Of a stretch of DNA of 62,439 nucleotides, positions 23,880-37,360 are shown one piece after another. The position numbers and the translations under genes were made by a program. Position 1 is the stretch's first letter. Each line of letters opens with the position of its first letter. Origin of the DNA: Carcharhinus longimanus (taxonomy: Eukaryota); NCBI GenBank assembly GCA_030264375.1, contig JASCQW010000099.1:75127551-75189989 (forward strand), read 5' to 3'. Under the pieces are notes generated by a model. That model did not search any database, was not told where the DNA came from, and worked only from the letters and a program-made list of their open reading frames with translations.

Positions 23880-24940
23880 AAATATATCAAACAATCCTTG
23901 TGTAAACGCCAGATGAGAATGGTTGAAACTGATGCTCTCTCTGTTCATCTGATGCCCTGGCCCTTGAGTGGAGGTGGTCAAGGGGTTTGAAAAGTTCTTG
24001 TTTGCTGGAAATAAGAAGCTGAAAGAGAACATGTTGTAGGGGGTAACATTTTAGCATGGGTGAAGGATTAGTTAGCTAACAGGAACAGAGAGCAGGGATA
24101 AATAGGTCATCACCAGTGTCAAGACTGAATGTCTGGTAGCTAAGTTTGCTGATAACACTGGGATAGATAGGGAGAGTAAGTTGCCAAAAGCAGGCAGAGA
24201 CACCAAAAAGATATACAGACAGGTTAAGTGAACGATCAAAAATTTGGCAGATGGAGGACAACGAGAGAAAATGTGAAGTTATTCACTTTGGCAGAAGAAT
24301 AGAAAGCAATATACTATTTAATTGGAGAGCTATTTCAGAAGTAGCAGGTACAGCAAGTGATTCAAAAGGGAAATGAAATGTTGCCATTTACTGCAAAGGA
24401 AGAAGTTTGACCGCAATTGTACAGAGCATTGGTGAGACTACACCTTGAATACAGTTTTGGTCTGTTTATTTGAGAAAAAAATATATATAGAAGCACTACT
24501 GAGAAGGTTCCCATTCTTGGGTTGAGGAGCTCATCTTATGAAGAAACAGTGAACAGATTGGGTCTGTACCACTGAGTTTAGAAGAATGAGCGGTTGGTTA
24601 CCTTATTGAAACATAAGATCCTGAGGGAACTTGGCTCAGTAGATGATATGAAGGTGTATCCTCTTCTCAGGGTGATTAGGATTAGAGACGATCATTTAAG
24701 AATAAGAGGTCTTCCTTTTTAAGGCAAGCATGAGAGGAGAATTTTTTTCTTGCAAACGGTCAGTCAGTATGTGGAATTCTCTTCCCCAGATAGCTGTGGA
24801 GGCTAAGCCATTGAATTTATTCAAGGTTTTTGATAGACAAGGGACTCAAGATTTATGGAGTCAGAAAGGAGAGTTCAGAACACAACCAAATGGCGGAGCA
24901 GGCTCAAAGGGCCGAATGGCCTACTCATGCTCCTATACTC
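23880..24940 (+). mobile_element. Decayed CR1 LINE 3' region
   Basis: ORF2 remnants (…VSMWNSLPQIAVEA…) ending in the ggctcaaagggccgaatggcctactc tail. Confidence 0.8.
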
Positions 24941-25317
24941 AGCAGTCCAGTCACTTCTTCGTTTGCATATTGTTAACATATCTGATCATTTTTGGCCAAC
25001 AAAAATCTCCATAAATTGTAATTACTGAAAGAACAGGTTGTGCAAGGCATGCAGCATTCTTTACCAGTAGATGGCACCATTTCACAGCCAGGCAACCAAC
25101 CAGACATGCTATGCTTCTGTGTTTCTCCTAACCTGTGCTGCTGTTTGTTTCTCTCAATAAACTTTTCACGACTTACGAAACATGCTCTAAATCAAGATGC
25201 CAAGTTTGTTATAAGTCAAGAATTAGATTTGCCCTAATGAATTTATTCTTAGGATAATTAATGGTTGAATTAAAGTTCCTTATTCACAGCTAAGCTATTT
25301 CCTGCAGGCTGTTATGT

Positions 25318-25570
25318 TATAAGAACATAAGAACATAAGAAATAGGAGCAGGAGTAGGCCATCTGGCCCTTCGAGCCTGCCCCACCATTCAATAANNNNN
25401 NNNNNNNNNNNNNNNNNNNNNNNNNNNNNNNNNNNNNNNNNNNNNNNNNNNNNNNNNNNNNNNNNNNNNNNNNNNNNNNNNNNNNNNNNNNNNNNTTACA
25501 TAGCACCAGATCCAAGACAGCTCGCTCCCTCGTCGGCTCCAACACACACTGTTCAAGGAAATTATCCCGG
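25318..25570 (-). mobile_element. CR1 LINE collapsed in a gap (3' tail at left, endonuclease remnant at right)
   Basis: (aagaacat)n tail to the left of the gap; EPTRERAVLDLVLC to the right. Confidence 0.8.
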
Positions 25571-25884
25571 CATCAGTGGAATATCTTCTAATCATCAAGG
25601 GGGGATCCATTGGGGTGACATAGCAAATTACTTGCTATTTGAGAGACTGTCCTGCAGTCATTATTGCTGGCTGTTAAGGTACAACAAAAGATCTGCTTTC
25701 TTTCCCATGTTAGCGGGAGACCCAACTCTACAAAAGCATTTTAATCTTATTGGATAAACAGAGAAACTGTGTACATAAAATTTATGTAGCATCAACCCAG
25801 CGTATGATCACAAATGAAGCAGGCAGTAGCCACATGAAATAAGGTGACCGGAAGGGAAATAAAAATATAAACCATACAATGCAC

Positions 25885-25965
25885 CTGTTTTTCACCACCT
25901 GAGCTTCCAAATGTCTGGCGAAAGCCATTCTGAATGACATTTGAGAGTCCCTCCATGCTGAAACG
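25885..25965 (-). CDS. FEZ2: FEZ2 81-nt frame-preserving (probably alternative) exon
   Basis: RFSMEGLSNVIQNGFRQTFGSSGGEKQ, homologous to the RFSMEGISN...KQ segment of FEZ proteins. Strong pyrimidine tract ending ctgctgcttcag|CGT, donor CAG|gtgcat, phase 0/0. Confidence 0.93.
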
Positions 25966-26725
25966 CTGAAGCAGCAGAAAGCAGAAAAAGGACAGAGAAA
26001 GAGCACATGAAATCACAGGCTTGCAACCAACACACACAGCAAGGACAAGAGCAAGAAGATACAAGATGAGGACCAACTATTAAACATAAAGCATTAAACC
26101 AGACATTAAAAGATCACCTTTACAATGTTGAAAAATACACACTGTATTAACAAGCCCAAATTAAAATCCTGCCAGCAAGTTTCATGTTTCCGAATCTAGA
26201 ATTTATCTTTAAAAATCAGAACCTCTGCATCATTTGTGTGGAAAAATAATTGCCGTATCACTGTAATCAGCACTGTGAAATAATAAATATAATAAATAAT
26301 CTAATTTCTCAACTTCACTTTTGAGTTATTTAGTTAAATTCACCTGAATATAACACTAATTATAACATGATACATTGACCATCAGAGAAAAGTAAATAAT
26401 CTTAAGAATTCAACTTTGATGCAGAAATATATCTTGTCATCTGAATACTTCCATTCATTTCCAAAAATTGAATGAATTTGAGGGGTTTTTAAAATTTCTT
26501 TCTAAATTCCATCCTTGAAGATTTTCATGGCTGTGAACAAGAAGCTGTAAGAATATGAAAGCGACAGAACTTCTGATAGCAAAACTGGTGGAGATGAGGC
26601 AGATTGATAATTCTCATCATTTGAAAAAATCTAATTAGTTCACATAAAGCAGACTCTACGTGGCATATTCACTGCTCTGTCAACTGACATTGTTGAAACA
26701 CTTTCAACATGTGACCATCTTAATG

Positions 26726-26852
26726 ACCGAAATTTTACCATCCTGTCCGCCACAGGAATAGGAGCGGGCAAGGAGCGAACCATGGAAAGGTCGTTGACCT
26801 CCAGTGAGATTTGACAGTTTCAGGGCAAGTGAGGCTGGAAAATCTTGCCTAA
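26726..26852. mobile_element. Short MITE-like element
   Basis: gaaattttacc…ggaaaatcttgcc termini. Shares cgccacaggaat and gttgacctc with 12460-12556 and 12830-12948. Confidence 0.6.
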
Positions 26853-26896
26853 TATCTCTCTTTGTAAGAAGCCACTTTGATATTGCAGCTGATGTT

Positions 26897-27215
26897 CGGG
26901 ATGATACAGTGGCACGGTGGTTAGCACTGCTACTCACAGTGCCAGTGACAATTCCAGCCTCGGGTCGCTGTCTGTGTGGAGTTGGCATATTCTCTCCGTG
27001 CGCTTCCTCCAGGTGCTCCGGTTTCCTCCCAAAATCCAAAAGGTGTGTGGGTTAGGTTGATTGACCATGCTAAATCAACCCTAGTGTCGGGTGGTTAGCA
27101 AGGTAAATATGTCGGTTATGGGGATAGGGCCTGGGTGGGATTGTGGTCGACGCAGACTCGATGGGCCGAATGGTCTCCTCCTGCACTGTAGGTATTCTAT
27201 GAAGATTCTATGAAG
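26897..27215 (+). mobile_element. HE1-like V-SINE with CR1-type tail (type A)
   Basis: tRNA-like head and core, tail gcagactcgatgggccgaatggtctcctcctgcactgtaggtattctatga. Confidence 0.85.
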
Positions 27216-28010
27216 AGTAAGCTACATGTTACCAACCTTCATGGAAGTTGGCTACACTGTGGTGGCCATCATTTTGCATTGGCACAGACATTTTGGTCAG
27301 GATGCACAAGCAGAGTAAATGACAACATTGTATTGCTGGGAGGAAATAGTGGCATCAAAGTGTGCCGTACTGTTAAGCGTGCATGCTTGCACTGACCCAG
27401 GAAAACCAGGCACACAATCAAAGAGTCTAAATGGAACTGCTGGTCTAACAATATCTAATCAGTTTAAACTTTTAAACAGAAGTATCAACACTGCTTTCCT
27501 ACTGGTGGCATTATCATTAATACTCATTTAAGGCTTTTTTTGTAATTGTTTTTGAGAAAATGGTATTGGATCTTCTCCTTGAATGGCTCCAATTCTTGGG
27601 CTACCTAATAATGGTCTTGGATAGGAAATTCCATAATTACATAGGATTTTGATCCATAACAGGCTGGCATGCAGCTAGGGTTTTGATGTTCTATACTATC
27701 ACTGCTCTAGTTCTTTTGGATAGAAGGTCATCACAGGGATGAAGATATCTGCGATCTACTATCAAAGTCATTGCTATCCATTTTAGATGGTTGGAATAGG
27801 GGAGTTGGGAATCACAAAAAGACAAAAAATAACAAACACAAAATTAACTTACCAAATAATACAGTACTCTGAGTAGGACGTGCTAGCTTCAAGTATGTTA
27901 TTTCCTATCCTTTACTTTGTAGGGAATCAATCAGCTTAAATTAATGGATGACAGATATCTCACAACAAAGAAGAATCTATTTGAAGCTTAAACCTTCAAT
28001 TAAAGTGTTA

Positions 28011-28120
28011 GGCTGGGATTCTCTAATCTGATTCGCCCCACCATCTCTGCAAGCGAGACGGAGAATATGGTGTCAAGCCAAAACTCCATTCACCGCAGCG
28101 GGGCTGGAGAATTCCTGCCT
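28011..28120. mobile_element. Short MITE-like element
   Basis: ggctgggattctc…gagaattcctgcc terminal inverted repeats, flanked by tta/tta. Confidence 0.6.
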
Positions 28121-29600
28121 TAAGTTTGAATTCCGGAGGCACTGTCATTGAAACTTGCTTGCCTCGGTCGAAATAATTTTGCCACTTCCCTGCAGGTTGA
28201 AAAGATGAACCAGCCAGCACTCCAAAACAGGGTGAAGAAATTTTTAAAAATACATCTGAAAAAAGATGCTGGGAGGAAAAAAAGAGACCCACTTATCATA
28301 TCTATTATATGAATTGATCTTTTATTAGCTTTTGGAAGCTGCAGGAGGAAACTATCTGCATTTTGACAAGCTAAATACAGGGAGCTGTGTTTGATAACTG
28401 CACAGGCAGAACAAGGCATCTCAAATAACTAAACGAAGAGTTTCGATGACATGATTCTGTCTGTAAAATACTAATCAAAAAATCTCCCTGGGAAGGAGCT
28501 GTAGTTGCAGATCAACTTGAAAGCTTTTTCACTTGAGAAACAGAAATAGTACAAAGTCCTCATTTTGACATTGAGGACTGCTCACATGCATAAGAACAGG
28601 TGCGAAACTATCTTTCTTCTTCCAAGGAAACATTCTAGTTTTGCCATCACGTACTGCTGATTTCTTTGACATGTTAATTCACTGAATTTGCTTAGTGGTT
28701 TATTTGTGTTATCAGTCATGGATGTTGATGACAAAAGGTCCGTATAGCTTTTGCAACACCAGTCAACGTGACAACATGGAAGAAGGTCCACGTCCAGAAA
28801 ATCAGATGCAATTTAAACAACTTTGGGTAAGCTCATGCACAGACAACTTTGCTACCATGAAGTGGTAATGGGGAGGATTTGTTGCACTGGGAGCCCCAAC
28901 ACAATTTGGAACATCTATTAGAAGCAGTCATGCACTTCTCAACACTTTCATCTGGAAATTCATTCTACGAACATAAAAGAAAATCATTTGATTTGGGTCC
29001 TGTAAATAAACTTTCATCTCCTTAGCTGTCAGCCCGACTGTATAAAAAAAATTAAAATGATAAAATCTGACAGCACAACTGATTTAATGCAGCAATTGGA
29101 GTCTTAAAATTATCCATGTCCGAACATTAAAATGGGAGTTAAAATAGTGCATTAGATAAACCTGCAGCAAAACCATGTTGTTATGTGTGTATCCCCCTTC
29201 TCTCATTATTATTCTATCTGAGGAAATAAAGAAAGCACATCTCTGACAGCTTGCAGTCGACTAATAGGATAGCACCATCTCCCCTGCCAATAGATCAAAC
29301 AGTGTTACAGCCATAAAGTTTCAAATTAATGTTTTCTTCTCTGCTTCCTCCCTCAAGACTGTCCTCACAGGAGAGAAAGCTGGCTTGCTACATGCCACAA
29401 TAAGGCGTTGCTGGATGCAATTAGTCAATGTTTTTAATTGTGCTCCTCAATAACCTTCCTTCCACAAATAAATAGGGGAAAAAGTCACCGCATATTCTGC
29501 AAAATAGTTTGCTGATTTAATATTATTTGAATAAAAAATGCACATTAATCCCTGATAATGCTGAGAGCTTTGTTCTTGTAGTAATCTAGCCATGACTCAC

Positions 29601-29869
29601 CGTTCCTGGCATGTGACTTTTTTCCTGCTTTCCATTTTGCGGGCTTCCATTCTTTTGTTTCTTTTTCTTCTTCATTGTTTCCCTGTGCTCCTTCTGTTTG
29701 TTTTGGACCTCAATGAGTATGGAGATGAAGCTGTTTTTCACCTCTTTTTCAAACTCAAGCTCATCACGCAAGGCTAGCTGTTGAATCAGCTCCTCTGAGT
29801 AATCTTTTATTGCGGTCTCGATCTCTTCCAGAAGCTCATTTAATTCAGCCATAGGCAACCGCTTCACAC
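29601..29869 (-). CDS. FEZ2: FEZ2 coiled-coil coding exon (269 nt)
   Basis: (R)VKRLPMAELNELLEEIETAIKDYSEELIQQLALRDELEFEKEVKNSFISILIEVQNKQKEH...KNGSPQNGKQEKSHMPGT. Acceptor ttttttcag|GT, donor ACG|gtgagt. The split codon C+GT gives Arg and keeps the frame. Confidence 0.97.
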
Positions 29870-30309
29870 CTGAAAAAATGGTTAAGAGAAATGCTTGAAA
29901 GGTCAAGTGAAATGCATAATGCGTGGAATGAAGAATTCTGTAGCAGCTTGTAGAATCCAAAATTTAAGCAATTTTGTGTTTTGACTATTTGGCTGATCAA
30001 ATAAACCGGCTTTTTGCATTATTACAAACCATGAAATAGTATTTGGGAAAATAGGTATTATCTACAGTCATCCAAGAAGGTTAATGGAAAGCAGAAGAGT
30101 ACCGTCAAATACCTAATAACCTTCCATTTAAATAGTAACAGCATCCTCTCAGGATATCAAGAAATACGATTATCACAGAATTATTTGTCCAGTCACAAAA
30201 CCAGAAGTATAAATATGACAGTAGTAGTATGGTTTACTGCAATATCCTTCTCTTAGTTTACGTACACTCATTATGTGATTTGTTTCCCAGCATTAGCAAT
30301 TGTCCATCT

Positions 30310-30530
30310 ATTTTGATTTGATTTGATTTATTATCACACGTATTAGTATACAGTGAAAAGTATTGTTTTTTGTGCGCTATACAGACAAATCATGCTGTTC
30401 AGAGAAGGACAGTGTGCAGAATGTAATGTTACAGTTACAGTTAGGGTGTAGAGAAACATCAACTTAATGCATGATAGGTCCATTCAAAAGTCTGATGGCA
30501 GCAGAGAAGAAGCTGTTCTTGAGTTAATGG
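30310..30530 (-). mobile_element. Rex1/Babar-type LINE 3' end
   Basis: (tttga)n tail and the reverse complement of the 1400-1586 segment. Confidence 0.8.
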
Positions 30531-31156
30531 ACATGTAGCCAATAATGGGTTATCTTATATGATGCACCTTTATTGATAGTTAAAGAGGCCAATCCTTGAG
30601 GGGAAGGTTCTGCCACAAGTGCCATGCATGAAGCTATAAGGTGTCACTGCTAAGTGATCTAATGTAAAGTATTAGCCTTGATATCCTTGCATCCACACAG
30701 ATAAAAGTAAAAACATTTACCTGTATGTGAGCAAATTGCAAATTTCCTGTGTTACTTTTTGCTTCATCTGCTGCACAACTAATCATCCTAGGGACTCAAC
30801 AAAGCATAAAACTAAAAATATGAGCCTTCTAGATAACAGAAGATATATGCAGCAGCTTTCTTGTCCCACAACGCTGGTTTCAAAGATGCCTGCATCTATA
30901 TTATAAACATAAGAAATAGGAGCAGGAGTAGGCCATCTAGCCCTTCGAGCCTGCCCCGCCATTCAATAAGATCATGGCNNNNNNNNNNNNNNNNNNNNNN
31001 NNNNNNNNNNNNNNNNNNNNNNNNNNNNNNNNNNNNNNNNNNNNNNNNNNNNNNNNNNNNNNNNNNNNNNNNNNNNNNNNNNNNNNNNNNNNNTCTAATC
31101 AGTAATCTCTAAACTGTCTGTGCTTTATATGCTCTGCCTGAGGCCAGAACTCTCCA

Positions 31157-31196
31157 TTCACCTGACGAAGAGGCAGTCCCCTCGAAAGCTTGTGAG
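31157..31196 (+). ncRNA. Minimal hammerhead ribozyme motif in a Penelope-like end (element about 31100-31250)
   Basis: ttcac-ctgacga-a-gagg-cagtcc-cctc-gaaa-gctt-gtgag, followed by the same aataaa…ggact..aacctggtgttg tail as at 4470-4520. Confidence 0.68.
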
Positions 31197-32399
31197 TATT
31201 ATCAAATAAAATCGGTTGGACTAAAACCTGGTGTTGTCAGACTTTTTACTATAATAGATGTACAGCACTTCTTGTAGTATTCTGAAGAGAGCTCAAGAGT
31301 AATTAATCCCAACAAATGATGTCAAGTTATTTGGCTTTAAAATTAAGTAGTTAATCTAATCTTTAATTCTGCATGATTGCTCAACAGGATTTGATTGGTT
31401 TCAGCTTGCAGGAACCTGCAGGCTGATAACAGGAACATTCAATCAGCTTCCTGTAATTTGCCTCAGTTAGGTTGGCGGGTTGGAGCCAAGGAACTGGCAT
31501 GCAGGTCGGCCGGGCTATTTTTAACTCCTGCCATCTCTAATCACAGCCCCCAAATCTCAATTTTGTATTCAACAAAAAACAAACTTTACTCAAAACTGGC
31601 AAAATATAATGAAATGTCAGAAGATGCTCACTAATTTATAATTTGCAAAGATAAAATGGGTGCTTCTACTTTTGACACTAGTAATTTGGATTATTGGACA
31701 CCAGTAATCCAGGTCAACCTCCTGCCTCCACACTGGTTCAAACATACCAAATGCTCCCAATGTTTATTTTCCAGCAGCCCTTAATTCCATAAATCAACAC
31801 TGAAAAGCACACATAATTTAACTCCCTTGAACTTTTAGCTAATTGTTTTCCTTTATAACCATATTTAAAAGTTAATATCCAGCAACACAATTTCCACGTT
31901 TGAATTTGAAAAAAACATACTGGTTTCACAAGCACAACTGATAGTTTACAGATTTGTCTTATTTTACAGCCAAAGTAACCCATAGAATCCATGCAGTCAC
32001 AGCTGCAACATTAAATTAAAATTGTTTCTGTTGACCATGATGGAAACATTTTAAATAGCTATTTAAAAGTCTTCATTTTGAAATTAGTTTTATTGTGTCA
32101 CTGGTGGCTTTTGTAAAGAGTAAAACGTTTCCCAGTTTTGTTATGCTTTTCCCTTTTCCTGTGAGGAGAATTGTACAAACCAGGCAAACTTGCTTTGTAA
32201 ACAAACCTTAGAAACAGGATTTAGAAGCAGAAGTAGGCCATTTGAACTTACTGCAACATTCAAAAAGAATACAACTGCTTTGGTTGTGTCATTTAGTGGT
32301 GCATTTTACTTTGCAAGTTCTTTCACATAAAAATGCATAGGGCTGCACACATATGGCACAGTATTTCAACTTGTGTATTTCATTTCCCTGGATAATCCA

Positions 32400-32615
32400 C
32401 GGCTAATTCACCCAACCTACAGATCTATGGACACCAAGGAGCAATTTAACACGGCGAATCCACCCAACCTGCGCATGTTTGGACTTTGGGAGGAAACCGG
32501 AGCACCCGGAAGAAATCCACGCAGACACGGGGAGAACATGCAAACTCCAGTCGGTCACCCAAGGCCAGAACTGACCCCTGGCACTGTGATGCGGCAGTGC
32601 TAACCACTGTGCCAA
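32400..32615 (-). mobile_element. V-SINE/HE1-like SINE
   Basis: Head and core match the other copies. Confidence 0.8.
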
Positions 32616-33069
32616 CAAGCAGAAATGTCTGAAGGAACCCAGCTCTGGCTTTCACACTGATCTCGATGGGAACATTTGATTCACTTAAAGTCGTTATTTT
32701 CAGGAATGCAAACATAATTTTGAAGATAATTTACTGCAGTCATCAAGAAATCCAATAGAGAATTCAGAAGATTTTTTTTTACCCAAAGAGTGGTGGGAAT
32801 GTGGAACTCGCTTCCATAGGGAGTGGCTGATGCGAATAGTTATAATGCATTTAAACGGAGATTAAGCATACAAGGGAGACAGGGTTACGTTAATAGTTTT
32901 AGGCAAGGGAAAAGAGGAGGAAGCTCAAGTGGGGTATAAACATCAGCATGGTTCAGTTGGATCAACATTCATGTTTCCGTGCTCTATATCCTACACAATC
33001 CTGTGGAAACACTGGATACTTAGTCAGGATTGTGATTTGATGTGTTGCAACTTAATACTCATCACAAAA

Positions 33070-33312
33070 TTAAAGTTAAAGTTTATTAATCACAAAGGAA
33101 AGACTTACATTAACATTACAATGAAGTTACTATGAAATCCCCCTTAGTCATCACACTACTGCACCTGTTCGGGTCAATGCGCCTAACCAGGACGTCTTTC
33201 AGAATGTGGGAGGAAACTGGAGCACCCGGAGGAAACCTACGCAGACATGGGGAGATCGTGCAAACTGCACATAGACAGTGACTCAAGCCAGGTCCCTGGC
33301 ACTGTGCCACCC
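33070..33312 (-). mobile_element. V-SINE, tail type B, with an internally deleted head
   Basis: Closely similar to 3818-4093. Confidence 0.8.
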
Positions 33313-33810
33313 AATTAGAACATACAGCACAAGTAGAATGACTTTATGCATTGCTAGCTGTGAAACAAAGTGTTGTGTCTCAACCAGCATTTGAACTCAA
33401 ACATACAAAGCTAAAACATTGGCGTTTTGTGACAAAGATGGCTTAAAACTCCACAATGGCTGTATAGGTGCCTGTACTAAAAAGTATCCATCTAAATACA
33501 CTTTTTCCCTCATTTGTGGGTAACCTAGCGCCATTCCTAGCTGAGAACAAGAAGATAACATGTGCAGTCGTGCCAATTTGCCAAATTCCTCAAACTATGG
33601 CTGTTACACTTTTAAAGAAATGTAGGTAACATCAGTAACCTGAGGGCAAGAGTGATCACCTGGACTAGTTTTGATCACCTAGATGGGTCAGACAGAAATT
33701 TCCCCCAAATTAGTCTGGATTTTAATTTGATTTTTCATCTCGCCCAGAAGATCACATGGTTTGGGGAGGTATAGGGAGTGTACATTTTGTGAAGCAAAAT
33801 GTATCGCAAT

Positions 33811-34752
33811 TCTGGCAGGGTGACTATCTTTGATACGCAGCAGGGAAGAATTACAATATACTGCCTATGTTGGCCTAAGCTGATGAGGCCTCCTTCATAT
33901 GCTGAAACTGTAGGTATGGTGGGCTGAGAGAGTTAGCCAGCATGGCACCACACGAAGTGGCAGATGAAAGTTCAATGCTGACAACAGTTATGGTTTATTG
34001 CTGTCAGTGGCACTCCACGATCCAAGCAAATGGGTAATACTTGGTTGGCAGCAGAATTCTGCAGCTTACTTCAAAAGATTGAACCTGCAACTCTTTGGAA
34101 TTGATTGAGTATAACTACCTGCCTAGTTTCTGTGACATAATACAGAATATTGATATGTTAAGTTTGCAGATACATGTAAAGGGAAACCTGACAAGCTTAT
34201 GAAGAAGAGGAGAATAGAGGATTGTGATAATAAATTTAGATGGAATAATGGGAGAATATGGAGCATAACTGCCAGCATAGTCTGATTAGGCTGAATGGCC
34301 TTTTTCTTTGGCTTGTATCCCTTGAATGTAGTCCTAAATAACTGGGAGAAATTTATCATGCTTACACCAATAAATGGGATGCATTACAGCAATCTAAATG
34401 CATGAGCAACCCAACTCAATTAAAAAAATGTTCACTTTAAATCGAGTAAAGTAACATGCCTCAAGGCTAATAAATATTCCAACCAACAAATAAAGTAACA
34501 AGCATATCAAATGTTAGCCCTGGTAAAATCAATGGCTACTCTTAAAATTCCATTTAAACATACGTAACACGAAATGAACTACAGCCCTAATTGATATTCT
34601 GCAGCCCCTGTGCTTAATGAAAAGAAAACTGGCTCCAATATGCTTGGTGGTCTGTTTTCTTTTAAACACACAATGATCCACACAATGAGCATTTCTGTTC
34701 CCATCTGGCAGGGTGACTATCTTTGATACGCAGCAGGGAAGAATTACAATAT
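33811..34752. repeat. 49-bp exact direct repeat (33811-33859 and 34704-34752)
   Basis: tctggcagggtgactatctttgatacgcagcagggaagaattacaatat occurs twice. Confidence 0.92.
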
Positions 34753-35054
34753 TTTCAGCTAATAGACTCACAAGCATCAGCATTTTATCAAGAGGCTGAA
34801 GCTTGATGGGGCCTTCATAACGCAGTGACCGTATTTGGGTTTCCTCCTGACAAATTGCTATCAGAACATGCAATTGAATGAGCTGCTTAAAGAGCTTAAA
34901 TAATCTAAATGCATTTCACACAACATTGAAATCGCAAGTTCAAGTCTACCTCTGTGATCTACTTAAAAGATCTGGACCCATGTGCTCTGCGCTGATAAGT
35001 TCTGCTATTTGGTACAATTGCCAAGTAATTTGAAGGTGATGATCAATTTATCCC

Positions 35055-35262
35055 TTTTTTTTTCCAAAAATATACTTTATTCATAAAAATCTCAAGTAAA
35101 CTATTACAATGTACAGGTCTTCGAATAGCAAAACAATATGGAATCAAAACATTTTTGTAGATCTGTCCAAATTACAGTGACTACGTTTCAATACTTAAAA
35201 ACTATATCCATGTCTCAATATTTACAGATTTGTGCTAATTACAATGATTACATTTCAATACT
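35055..35262 (-). mobile_element. Poly(A)-tailed retroelement 3' end (L1/Tx1-like), continuing into a gap
   Basis: Minus strand ends aataaagtatatttttgg followed by an A run. Confidence 0.45.
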
Positions 35263-36904
35263 NNNNNNNNNNNNNNNNNNNNNNNNNNNNNNNNNNNNNN
35301 NNNNNNNNNNNNNNNNNNNNNNNNNNNNNNNNNNNNNNNNNNNNNNNNNNNNNNNNNNNNNNNNNNNNNNNNNNNNNNNNNNNNNNNNNNNNNNNNNNNN
35401 NNNNNNNNNNNNNNNNNNNNNNNNNNNNNNNNNNNNNNNNNNNNNNNNNNNNNNNNNNNNNNNNNNNNNNNNNNNNNNNNNNNNNNNNNNNNNNNNNNNN
35501 NNNNNNNNNNNNNNNNNNNNNNNNNNNNNNNNNNNNNNNNNNNNNNNNNNNNNNNNNNNNNNNNNNNNNNNNNNNNNNNNNNNNNNNNNNNNNNNNNNNN
35601 NNNNNNNNNNNNNNNNNNNNNNNNNNNNNNNNNNNNNNNNNNNNNNNNNNNNNNNNNNNNNNNNNNNNNNGTTGCAGACTTGGGGCAATGTTTGTGGGGG
35701 CTAGGGGGAGGCATTAGCTGGCCCAGGATGGATGTGGCAGGGGAGCAGCATGCTATCATTCTTTTTCTGCACACGTGCAGTTGGAGGTGCCAATCGGAGC
35801 TACAGGGTTTTGGATGCGTTAAGCAGCGTGATTTGGGATTGCTGATACTTTTTCAGGCAGAGTGCATATGGGGGTGCCTGAGAACGGATCTAAAATCTGA
35901 TCTGAAACACACTCAGTTTCAAGTCTGCCCAGCATGAGAATCAAAATGGTAAAATAGGGCCCAGAGAGTGCTAAACGCTAAAAACAAATGCAAAACATTA
36001 ATTCCAAGTAAAATCTTGGAAAGAGGAATTAAGATTTCAAATGAGTTAATCATCTTCAACTGCTTTATTAATGGCTTTTCTATTATTATATGATCTAGAT
36101 TGTGACTGTTTACTGATGGTTCCAGTGTTCTCCTCCAATAATGATGCAGCCCACATTGGCTTTAATTGCAGTTAAGTATCATCCAGGCTTGGGGTTACAA
36201 ATGACACATGACATTTATGCCACATAAAAGCCAGGATTGGCCAAAAAGAGAATCCAGCCCCTATCTCTTTCTAGAATTTCCACAATTCCCTTTTGTCAAG
36301 TCCCCCAGTAAATATCTGAAGTGTCACTATTCACCAGAACTTCAAGTGGATCAGCTGTGTCAACACTGCAGCTACAAGAACAGGACAGAGTTGGTACTAG
36401 TGGCTCATCTATTGACCAAAGGGTCAAGTGAGAAGTGTGATGCAATATTAATCACTTGCCTGGATGGCACAGCTGCAATAGTCAAGAACCTCAGGACCAT
36501 CTAGACCAAGCAGTGCACTTGATCAGCTGTAGTAAAGACTCAATTTAACCCCTCCACCACTACAGTACTATGGCTGCTACAGATGCTATTTGCAGATGCA
36601 GTGCAACAACTTATCAATCTTTCTTCAGTAGCAATCTCTCAGGCCTACTACCCTTACTGCTAAGAACTAAAGGTGGAAAATAGGAGCTCGAGTAGGCCAT
36701 TCAGCCCTTCAGGCCTGCTCCACCATTCATTATGATCATGGCTGATCATTCAACTCACCCCAATAGTACAATTGTGTGTTACTGGCCATCATTACAATTT
36801 GCAACTTCTGAAAACGTGTCTATCGAAGGCTCTTTTTCTCCCACAATGCTCCCTTGCCTTAGTAAACGTGTGACTTACTAATGCAAAATCAATTATTTTA
36901 AATA

Positions 36905-37360
36905 GAGACTAGAAGCAGCAGTAGGCCATTCATTTTGATCATGGCTGATCACCAAATTCAATATCCCCTCTTCCTTCCCATATCCTGATACTCCCCCTTG
37001 CCCCCCCATATCCCTTGGTCCCCTTATCCCAAGAGCTATATCTAATTTTTTCTTGAAATCAGACAACATTTTGGCCTCAACTACTTTGTGGTAATGAATT
37101 TCTTTCTGAAGCTACCCAGTCTAACTCTGTTAGAATTTTTGTAAGTTTCTATGAGATCTCCTCTAAACTCCAGTGAATATAATCCTAACTGACTTAGTCT
37201 CTCCTCATATGACAGATCTGCCATCCCAGGAATTAGCCTGGTAAACCTTCTCTGGGCTCCCTCTATGGCAAGGGCACCCTTCCTCAGATAAGGACACCCA
37301 AAATGCATGTAATACTCCAGGTGTGGCCTCATCAAGGCCTTATACAATTGGAGTAAAACA
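36905..37360 (-). mobile_element. CR1 LINE 3' fragment
   Basis: YKALMRPHLEY…QRRFTRLIPGMADLSYEERLSQLGLYSLE. Confidence 0.88.
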
